A DNA stretch of 64,000 nucleotides, from NCBI GenBank assembly GCA_039588295.1, contig JBDHAB010000002.1:128001-192000 (forward strand). The letters run 5' to 3'. Shown here piece after piece: positions 56,397 to 64,000 of this stretch; position 1 is the first letter of the stretch, and each line of letters starts with the position of its first letter. The notes beneath the pieces were generated by a model. That model had not been told where the DNA came from. It did not search any database and was given only the letters and a program-made list of their open reading frames with translations. Source of the stretch: Gemmatimonadota bacterium (GTDB taxonomy: Bacteria; Gemmatimonadota; Gemmatimonadetes; Gemmatimonadales; GWC2-71-9). The translations under genes and the position numbers were made by a program.

Positions 56397-58640
56397 ATGG
56401 CCACCTCAGTGTTCCGCCTGGGACTCGCGGTGCTGCTGGTCGTACCCGGGGCTCAGCGCCCCGCGCCACTTGTGGCACAGGCCATGGAACAAGACACCGT
56501 TCCCCCCGTTCCCAACGTCTCAATCACGAGGATCACGGAGCCCATCATTCTCGATGGGGTTTCCGACGAGCCCGTCTGGCGCACCATCGATCCCCTGCCC
56601 CTCACGATGCGCGAGCCGCTTCACCACGGGGAGTTGACCGAGCGCACCGAGATCCGCATTGCACACGACGAGTCATACCTCTACGTGTGCGGCCGCTTCT
56701 ACGACTCGGATCCATCGGGTATTCGCGTCAACTCGATGTACCGCGACCAGTCGCGTGGCGACGATATCTTCGGACTCCTCGTCAATCCCTACGACGACAA
56801 CGACATTGGCCTCGTGTTCTGGACCACGCCGGCGGGCGTGCGTATAGACGTCGAGGTACCGGCGGACGCTCAAGCCGGCTTCAACGGCAATTGGAACACG
56901 TATTGGGACGTCGCCACGCGACAGACCGACGAGGGGTGGTTTGCCGAGATGCGGATTCCCTTCACGAGCCTGGGGTTCCAGGCGAGTGCGGGGCAGGTCC
57001 CGATCGCGTTCACGACGTATCGCTACATCGCGCGCAAGAACGAGCGCCAGATCTTTCCCGATATCGCTCCGGAATACGACTTCTTCCGCGCCTCCCTGGC
57101 GTACAGCACCGTACTCGAGGGTATCCAGTCGCACCGACCGGTCTACATCACCCCCTACGTGCTGGGCGGCGCCGCGCAGAGGAACGAGCTGAACGCCGCC
57201 GCCACCGAGTTCCAGATGCAGACCGATGAGGAGGCCGAAGCGGGGCTCGATCTCAAGTACAACGTCACGGATAACCTCACGCTCGATCTCACAATCAATA
57301 CTGACTTCGCCCAGGTCGAAGCGGACGATCAACAGATCAATCTCACCCGGTATCCGCTCTTCTTTCCCGAAAAACGGCAGTTCTTTCTGGAGCGATCCGG
57401 CACTTTCGCGTTCAACACCGGTGGCTCGACACGGTTGTTCCACTCACGGCGCATCGGTCTGGTAAGTGGCGAGCCGGTCCGCATCTTTGGCGGGGTCCGC
57501 CTGGTGGGCCGGGTGGGTCAGTGGGACGTCGGGGTGCTCAACATACAGACCGCCAAGACCGACGCCCTGGCATCCGAGAACTTCGGTGTGGCGCGTGTCC
57601 GCCGTCGCGTGATCAACGAGAATTCGAACGCGGGAGCGATACTCACCACGCGCATCACCACAGATGGCGGGTACAACGTGGGTTACGGACTGGACAGCCG
57701 AATCCATCTCTTCGGAGACGACTACCTGACGCTACAGTGGGTACAGACGCTGGACGACGGGATCATCGATGCCCAGGGCTTCCGGTTCGTGGAATCGGGA
57801 CTCGCGCGATTCACGTACTACAGAGCCCGCAATCGCGGGTTCACCTACTGGTTTCAGGGTCGCTACCAAGGTGAGGATTACCTGCCGGGTATGGGATTCA
57901 TCGGTCGGCAAAACTTCTCCGACTTCTTCTACTCGCTGGCATATTTCCACTATCCGGAAGGCGAGGGGCCGTTCCGACGAATCGATCCGTTTCAATTGTT
58001 CGGATCGGTCGCGCTCAGGAACAACGACGGGTCAGTCGAATCCGCCTTCATCGAGCACGATTTTGACTTGCAGTGGCGGTCGGGAGCGAGCCTGGGATTG
58101 GATCTCGAGCTGTACTACGACGACCTGCGGGACCCGCTCGACTTCCCAAGCGAGTCACGGGTGCCGATTGGGAGTTACTGGTATCCCCGGTTCGAGTTCG
58201 ACTACAACATGCCGCCCGGTGATCTGCTGCGCGCGAGCGTCGGCGGGGGCATTCAGAAGTTCTACGACGGTTGGCGCTGGAATGTGTGGGCGGGACCCCT
58301 GTGGAACATCTCTCGCCACTTCGGTCTCAACGCCCAGTACGGATTCGACTACGTGCGTTTCCCCGATCGCGATCAAGGGTTCGACTCCCACCTGTTGCGG
58401 TTGCGCTCCAACTTCGCGCTGAACACCAAGCTCTCGGTGAACGCGTTCGTCCAACTCAGTAACACGCGTCACCTCATGGCGGCGAACGTGCGCCTCCGGT
58501 ACAACTTCCGCGAGGGGAACGATCTCTGGATCGTCTACAGCGAGGGCTGGAACCTCGATCTGGATCGCGTGAGCCCGACTCTGCCCAGAACGGACAGTCG
58601 GACGGTATTAGTCAAGTACACGCATACGCTTGCACGGTAG
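56397..58640 (+). CDS. CBM9-like/DUF5916 outer-membrane protein
   Basis: LDGVSDEPVW, AEMRIPF, NTDFAQVEAD, FFPEKRQFFLE. Confidence 0.88.
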   Translation: MATSVFRLGLAVLLVVPGAQRPAPLVAQAMEQDTVPPVPNVSITRITEPIILDGVSDEPVWRTIDPLPLTMREPLHHGELTERTEIRIAHDESYLYVCGRFYDSDPSGIRVNSMYRDQSRGDDIFGLLVNPYDDNDIGLVFWTTPAGVRIDVEVPADAQAGFNGNWNTYWDVATRQTDEGWFAEMRIPFTSLGFQASAGQVPIAFTTYRYIARKNERQIFPDIAPEYDFFRASLAYSTVLEGIQSHRPVYITPYVLGGAAQRNELNAAATEFQMQTDEEAEAGLDLKYNVTDNLTLDLTINTDFAQVEADDQQINLTRYPLFFPEKRQFFLERSGTFAFNTGGSTRLFHSRRIGLVSGEPVRIFGGVRLVGRVGQWDVGVLNIQTAKTDALASENFGVARVRRRVINENSNAGAILTTRITTDGGYNVGYGLDSRIHLFGDDYLTLQWVQTLDDGIIDAQGFRFVESGLARFTYYRARNRGFTYWFQGRYQGEDYLPGMGFIGRQNFSDFFYSLAYFHYPEGEGPFRRIDPFQLFGSVALRNNDGSVESAFIEHDFDLQWRSGASLGLDLELYYDDLRDPLDFPSESRVPIGSYWYPRFEFDYNMPPGDLLRASVGGGIQKFYDGWRWNVWAGPLWNISRHFGLNAQYGFDYVRFPDRDQGFDSHLLRLRSNFALNTKLSVNAFVQLSNTRHLMAANVRLRYNFREGNDLWIVYSEGWNLDLDRVSPTLPRTDSRTVLVKYTHTLAR

Positions 58641-58719
58641 GTCAGGCGCGTGCCCGTCGAGAGTTCTTGACCGTCTTCCAACGCGTGGAACACGCGAGGA
58701 AGCATGAGTGACGTTCTCT

Positions 58720-60261
58720 CTACGGCCACGTGTTCTCCATCCGTTGAAATGGAGTCACAAGCCGCTCCGCCGCGTAGGGGCTCAAGTTGTAAGAGAGCGC
58801 GTACTGGTCATGTCGCTGCTGGGAATCGAGATTCATGTCGACGGCCTGTTGGTAGCGGACCACGGCGTCCTCCCTCCGGCCCAGCAGATCGAGCATGTGC
58901 CCCTGCCAGATCAGCGCGACTGCCAGGCGAGACACCGTTTCCTCTTCGCGCGCCACCTCCTCAAGTCGTTGGAAGGCAAGCAGCGCTTCCTCATACTGTG
59001 CCGCGTCGTACAGTGCGAACCCGAGCTTGAGGAAACCCGACTGCTCCTCGATCCGCTGCAACCACTCCCGTCTATAAGCTCGAGCCACTTCCTGGTTACC
59101 GCGCCTGCCCCAGCCCGCCGCCTTGAGGTGGTAGAGTGGCGAACCCCTCCACGCGGTACGCCACCCTTCCAAGTGTTTCTGGTAGGCGGCCATTTGGGCG
59201 GCATCGACATCCGGTAGCTCCCGCAGGAACCCCGCGAGAGCCGAGAAGAACTCCTTGGTATCCTCGTTATAGATGGAGTGTCCGCCGTTCTCGAAGATCC
59301 GAACGCGGGCGTTCGGATGGTTGCCAATCAAGACGTCCTTCTTCTCGACACCCCATGTCAAATCCCACTCGCCTTCCATGATCAGCGTGGGGATGGGGTT
59401 CCGATCGAACGCCCCGGTGAGGTCGACCTTTTGTGCACTCTCGTTCATGATCGGGTTGAAATCGTCGTCGTGGACCCATTCATAGAACGCTGTCTGTGCC
59501 ATCCGCTCGGGCGACGGCTTGAACAGGTGTTGGCGCTTCCAATCACCATTGATGTGGTTGTTGTAAACGAGCAGCCGGACGTATTTCGCCCGGTCCCATT
59601 CAACACGGGTCCGCAGCTCCCGCAGCTGGGTACGAATCTCTCTCATCCGGTCGATCTCACTTTGGAACATGAAATCGCGCTGCCGGCTCGAGCCCAGATC
59701 ACTCCACATCCCTGGGCTCGCTCCGACCAGAACGAGACCTGCCACGTTCTGTGGATAGGTCGTGGTGTAGTACTGTGCGAGAAAGCCTCCGTAGGAGAAT
59801 CCCAGCAGCACAAACTTCTCGATCCCCAGCGCTTGACGTAGGCCGTCGAGGTCCTCAACGGCCTGCTCGACCGAGTATCCGTCTCCGTCCGGCTCGTAGT
59901 CGGAGAGACCACACCCCCGCTGGTCATAGTAGATGACTCGGGCGAACTCCCTCGCTCTGCCGAACCAAGGGTGGAATCCGTGGTGCGTACCGCCAGGGCC
60001 ACCATGCAGCAACACGAGCGGAATCCCGGATCCTTCCTCCTCCACGTAGAGCTCGGCGTCACCCAAGCGGACTCGGCGCACATGTAGGTTGAGGCGCTCT
60101 TCCCAGCGTGGCGTCGCCGGAATCTCGGTGTACAGTTTCTGATCGAGCCGCACGATGCTGTCGAACACGGACTCCCGCCCTTGAGCGTGACCCACCGATG
60201 TAAGTGCTATCGCCGAAGAAACGAGAAAGAAGGCAAGTGCGAGGCGTGGATATGTGCGCAT
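58720..60261 (-). CDS. Secreted alpha/beta hydrolase (proline-iminopeptidase-like) with C-terminal TPR
   Basis: HGGPG, DQRGCG, GFSYGG, GEWD, GGH. Confidence 0.88.
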   Translation of the reverse strand: MRTYPRLALAFFLVSSAIALTSVGHAQGRESVFDSIVRLDQKLYTEIPATPRWEERLNLHVRRVRLGDAELYVEEEGSGIPLVLLHGGPGGTHHGFHPWFGRAREFARVIYYDQRGCGLSDYEPDGDGYSVEQAVEDLDGLRQALGIEKFVLLGFSYGGFLAQYYTTTYPQNVAGLVLVGASPGMWSDLGSSRQRDFMFQSEIDRMREIRTQLRELRTRVEWDRAKYVRLLVYNNHINGDWKRQHLFKPSPERMAQTAFYEWVHDDDFNPIMNESAQKVDLTGAFDRNPIPTLIMEGEWDLTWGVEKKDVLIGNHPNARVRIFENGGHSIYNEDTKEFFSALAGFLRELPDVDAAQMAAYQKHLEGWRTAWRGSPLYHLKAAGWGRRGNQEVARAYRREWLQRIEEQSGFLKLGFALYDAAQYEEALLAFQRLEEVAREEETVSRLAVALIWQGHMLDLLGRREDAVVRYQQAVDMNLDSQQRHDQYALSYNLSPYAAERLVTPFQRMENTWP

Positions 60262-60343
60262 GTTACGGTTCCTCCAAATCAAACACCCGACGCTAGGTAC
60301 AGCATTCATCCTGGGCATGTGATGTTGCCGCGCTATGAACCGG

Positions 60344-60883
60344 TCATGGACCAGCACGATCGCGAACACCCGTGATGTCAACGATCGTGTCGGCGACCAT
60401 GAGCGATCCCCTTGCCAGAAGCACCATCACAATAGGTGCAAGAACAAGCGCAATGACGAGACCCGACCAGCCAACAGTTCCACCCTGCAGCAACCGACGG
60501 AAGAGGTACAGCGAGAATGGGACGTTGATGAGCAGGCCACTGACTACACCCGGGCTGTATCTCCGAAATCGGATCGTGCTCGCTGCATGGGGGACGAGCG
60601 CATTCACGAAGATGGTGGCCTGCGTCAGCAGCATCGCAAACGTCGTGACAGAGTTTTCCGGTGAGGCGGCCACAAATGCGGCTACAACAATCGTGAGTAG
60701 TGTGAGAAGGATGACGGCAACCGTGAACCGGAGCGTGTTCACTTCCGGAACGGTCCCTGGCGGAAGCTGACGGGTCCACCGCTCCATCAGCGGTGCCTCT
60801 TCGGCGTTATGAATCGCGAAGAACACCGGTACGAGCCATACCAGCTGTTGGAGGCTCAAGTCGTCGAGGACAGGGACAGCCAT
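60344..60883 (-). CDS. HXXEE-domain membrane protein
   Basis: HNAEE, YSPG, multiple TM segments. Confidence 0.85.
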   Translation of the reverse strand: MAVPVLDDLSLQQLVWLVPVFFAIHNAEEAPLMERWTRQLPPGTVPEVNTLRFTVAVILLTLLTIVVAAFVAASPENSVTTFAMLLTQATIFVNALVPHAASTIRFRRYSPGVVSGLLINVPFSLYLFRRLLQGGTVGWSGLVIALVLAPIVMVLLARGSLMVADTIVDITGVRDRAGP

Positions 60884-61000
60884 ATGGCTAGTTAGTCCTG
60901 GTACCCCGCAACTACACACTTGGGCTCATGACAGGGTGCCGACCGGCGTGCACACGTCTCCTTCGGCTCGGGAGGATCAGGCACGGATGTTGCCGCGTAC

Positions 61001-61879
61001 CTACGGACCAGGAGATTCCCCGAGGCTGCTACGAATGAACTGACCCCAGCCCTCATTCGTCATCTGCTCAATAAACCGTAACCGCAGCTTGCCGCTTCGA
61101 TACCCCGGCTCGTCCGGGAGGTCGATCTCATAATCGACGATATGCCCGTCCGCCCGGCTCACCCATATCGCGCCGCCGCGATCCTCGAGGCCCGGGCCAT
61201 TCACCTCGTACTTGCGACACGGCACCTCGTACCGGACCTCCTCTCCCACGTAGCGCATCTCGACGAGGCCCTTGAACGCGAATCGGAACCCGCCCGGTGA
61301 CCGAACGACATCAGCAATCCCAATGTTGAAGGGCGCATGGGGATCTACAAGGTGCCGCAACGACATGTTGAGACTGGCGAAATCGAAGTCGTAGCTGTGC
61401 CACGGCAGGTACTCGATTCGGACCGTATCGGTAGGTCCGAACCAGACCTCCACACTCTGCAGCGAATCGAGGTATCGGAGCTTGGCAACCGCCGACCGTT
61501 CGCCAGCGGACCCCAGCCGCCACGACTCGAACCGCCGTACCGAGAACGTTTCCCAGTCCAACTCGGCCGTCACCAATGTTCCGCTCCGACTCCATGGACT
61601 CCACTTGAAGGACTCGACATGACCGGTATCCGCAACGAACAGCGACACATTGCTGGCATGGGTGCCGTCGATATTCGATTTCTCGTAGTGGTAGACAAGA
61701 CCGGTCTCGATCTTCTGCGCGTCGAATTGAAACCGATCGATGGACCCGCTTGATGATGACTGGGCCGGGAGCGGCTGGGTCGCCAACAAAAAGAACAGCA
61801 GCCGGCAGAACAACGGTCGTCCCGTTGTGATCGTCCGTTGCAGGCGAACCGCGCAGACGGACGCCGACGCCCCACGCAC
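61001..61879 (-). CDS. Hypothetical secreted protein
   Basis: GTG after AGGAGG; signal peptide. Confidence 0.65.
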   Translation of the reverse strand: MRGASASVCAVRLQRTITTGRPLFCRLLFFLLATQPLPAQSSSSGSIDRFQFDAQKIETGLVYHYEKSNIDGTHASNVSLFVADTGHVESFKWSPWSRSGTLVTAELDWETFSVRRFESWRLGSAGERSAVAKLRYLDSLQSVEVWFGPTDTVRIEYLPWHSYDFDFASLNMSLRHLVDPHAPFNIGIADVVRSPGGFRFAFKGLVEMRYVGEEVRYEVPCRKYEVNGPGLEDRGGAIWVSRADGHIVDYEIDLPDEPGYRSGKLRLRFIEQMTNEGWGQFIRSSLGESPGP

Positions 61880-61929
61880 GTCACCCTCCTGGTAACGACA
61901 CGTGCGTGTCAACCGGCGGCCGCGGATCC

Positions 61930-62370
61930 TCACGCCCTCTCTCCCTCCGGCTCAAAGGACTCGTGGCGAGTGCTGATCTTCCAGTACCCGCCATGCCGGA
62001 CATAGACCGCGGTCCAGACACCCTTCAAATCCGTGCGCACTCCGGCCGTATCCGTCGACGACCAGCGAACGGTCGCCGTCAGGGCAGCCACATCGCCGCT
62101 AAGGACCTGGACGCGCATCTCGTCCCATACCGCGAGGTGCGTCTCTCGAAGCGCGGCATAGAACGCTCGCGCGTCTTCGGCGAATCGTTCGAACGACGGA
62201 TACAACGACCCATTGCTGGCGACGATCGCATCCGGCTCGTAGTAGCTCAAGGCTTGGGTGGCGTTCTCCGACTCCAGATGCTGCCACGCCGCCTGTTTTA
62301 CCGCCTCCGCAATGGCCGAGCGTTGCGCGCTATCGAGCGCGGGTGAGGTTGGGTCATCACGCTCCGTCAT
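61930..62370 (-). CDS. NTF2/SnoaL-like (DUF4440) protein
   Basis: VLSGDVA, GYWKI..HES. Confidence 0.8.
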   Translation of the reverse strand: MTERDDPTSPALDSAQRSAIAEAVKQAAWQHLESENATQALSYYEPDAIVASNGSLYPSFERFAEDARAFYAALRETHLAVWDEMRVQVLSGDVAALTATVRWSSTDTAGVRTDLKGVWTAVYVRHGGYWKISTRHESFEPEGERA

Positions 62371-62960
62371 TGGGAACGCTCCGTGCGTCGCGGACGCCTT
62401 GGCAGTGGAAGGTAGCGCGGGATGCTCTTGCAGTACGCTTCATAGTCACCGCCGTGCTTGGCCCGCAGGTGTTCTTCTTCGGTGCGCACCATGATGTGGG
62501 CCATGGCGAGGAACAGCGCGACCCATCCGACCGCGTACCAGGAGGGCCACACGAGAGCGAGTCCGACGATCAGCGGCGCGCCACCCACGACTTGGGGATT
62601 GCGCGATACGCGATACGGCCCCAGCTGTTTCAGCACGTCGGTATCTCGCCCGTTTGAGCGGCTCCACCCAAGGTAGCCCATGGAGTACACCACGAGGAGG
62701 AGACCGGTGAAGAGAGAGACGAGTGCGAGGACCTGGACTCCGATACCCCACGGCGGGTCCGCAGGCCAAAGCCGGAACCAGTTTCGCGGGTTGTAGAGGT
62801 ACGGGAAAGTGAAGAAGAGACCCCAGATCAAGAGCTGGAGCGCATAGGCGAATAGCGTGAGGCGCCCCTTCCTCAGGTAGTCACGTCGAACGACGAGCCG
62901 GAACACGAGAAACGCCGCGGCGAGCAGGAGTAACGCGGCAACGAGGACGGTCCTGAACAT
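62367..62960 (-). CDS. ICMT/PEMT-family membrane methyltransferase
   Basis: GPYRVSRNP, EEEHL..Y..Y..PRY. Confidence 0.88.
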   Translation of the reverse strand: MFRTVLVAALLLLAAAFLVFRLVVRRDYLRKGRLTLFAYALQLLIWGLFFTFPYLYNPRNWFRLWPADPPWGIGVQVLALVSLFTGLLLVVYSMGYLGWSRSNGRDTDVLKQLGPYRVSRNPQVVGGAPLIVGLALVWPSWYAVGWVALFLAMAHIMVRTEEEHLRAKHGGDYEAYCKSIPRYLPLPRRPRRTERSQ

Positions 62961-63134
62961 GCTGGTGAGTCTCCACCTGCCGATCCACACCTAAGGTGCT
63001 GGCGTTCTGCCGGCCCTGACAAGCGGAACGGGTTCGCTCGGGAATGGGCTTGGTGCGATGCACAATCCAAACGCCCGAAATGGCGATGGGTGCGGTGGCG
63101 AACAGCGGGGTGAGCGCGATGAAGGCGTCGGACA

Positions 63135-64000
63135 TCACCGTTCTGCGACGTTCGGCGGCACGCGCAGGTCGTACGTTCGCACGGCGTGGGCCTCGACTTC
63201 CGCGCGCGAGAACCACGCAGGCTTGAAACGCTTGGCCGAGTACAGCTCGGCCTGGTCGAAGTAGTGCGGCGACGCTGGGTCACCGCTCTGGCCAAACACG
63301 AAGATCGAGCGCGCTCGGACGTTCGGCGTGAACTCAACGACCTTGACGAACGAATTGCCATGGCCGCCGTAGCGGCGCTTGCCACCCTCAGGCCGGCGCG
63401 CATGGAAGGTGAAGACGGACCCGAGCCATCCAGGTGCACCCGCAACCGGCAGGCTCGGCAGCGCGTCGTCGAACGGCACGTGGCCGGCGGCATCCGGTCG
63501 CTGAATCCGGTTGACCTCGCCCCACGGTACTTCCCAGGTGCCCCAGTCCATCTCGAGACGCTCCACCACCTGAGCCAACGCCTCGATCCATTGGTCGGTC
63601 TCCGGGACGCGGTCCGGGTTGACGGACTCAGCCCAGAGCACGAAGAGCGTGGTCGGCACCGAGGCCATGGCCGCTTTGCGATTCCAGCCGCGGAGTGACG
63701 CGATCGGGCCGGCGAGCGACGCTGCACGCGTCGGATCATCGTGCTCGACCTCTTCGAACGCCGCGAACAGGTCGTCCAGCCATTCATCGGCGGCGATCAA
63801 CCGCGTGTCGAGCACAGCACGGGCGAAGTCCTCCAGCGTCACGTCGCGCAGTTCACGGAGCACGCGGCGTGAATTCTGGGCGCGCCGGTTGTCGGTCTCC
63901 CCTCCCACCATGTATGCGGGGAAGTCGTCCGCGCCAACGTCGATCCCGTCCGTAGCCATGAACGGCGTGGAGTTGGTGTTTTGTAAGTAGCCGCTGGCCG
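63135..64000 (-). CDS. Penicillin acylase (S45) family protein, 5' part outside the window
   Basis: GYLQNTNSTPF, WGEVNR, GQSGDPASPHYFDQ. Confidence 0.9.
   Translation of the reverse strand, partial: ASGYLQNTNSTPFMATDGIDVGADDFPAYMVGGETDNRRAQNSRRVLRELRDVTLEDFARAVLDTRLIAADEWLDDLFAAFEEVEHDDPTRAASLAGPIASLRGWNRKAAMASVPTTLFVLWAESVNPDRVPETDQWIEALAQVVERLEMDWGTWEVPWGEVNRIQRPDAAGHVPFDDALPSLPVAGAPGWLGSVFTFHARRPEGGKRRYGGHGNSFVKVVEFTPNVRARSIFVFGQSGDPASPHYFDQAELYSAKRFKPAWFSRAEVEAHAVRTYDLRVPPNVAER

Noticed and set aside
25381..64000. Active integron, prophage or IS element
   Set aside because: No integrase, transposase or phage genes, and no complete attC hairpin recognised
1..64000. CRISPR array, tRNA or rRNA
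   Set aside because: No regularly spaced repeats or RNA-gene signatures seen by eye; a covariance search was not possible

Overview
GC-rich bacterial chromosomal window. Gene content and order resemble Gemmatimonadota, which is an inference. Bases 1-25342 are mostly housekeeping: M48 peptidase, purD, mutM, a Ddl-like ATP-grasp, a four-zinc-ribbon/zincin fusion, a Cho-like nuclease, a Ca/Na antiporter, ubiE/menG, a SigW-like ECF envelope-stress operon, a DUF62 SAM hydrolase, mrp, nrnA, an AGCS symporter, guaB, tupBC, a PTPS, mobA and moeA. From 25381 to about 53700, and again from 58720 to 64000, lies a long accessory tract of small, unrelated genes almost all on the minus strand. Several of its spacers contain degenerate attC-like half sites, suggesting a decayed integron cassette array; no integrase is in the window. 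The best candidates for undescribed systems are a divergent viperin-like radical SAM enzyme (44129-44977), a Pycsar-effector-like 3TM protein coupled to a Zn-finger/histone-H1-like small protein (40344-41113), an orphan radical SAM plus lasso-B2 peptidase pair (48761-50211), and an ATP-grasp plus multi-Zn-ribbon metallopeptidase module in a DNA-repair gene run (2901-6026). Visible regulatory signals include a consensus SigW-type promoter at the end of the sigma gene and a repeated BlaI-type operator. No rRNA, tRNA, CRISPR array or transposase was recognised. All family calls come from motif recognition by eye, not from database searches.
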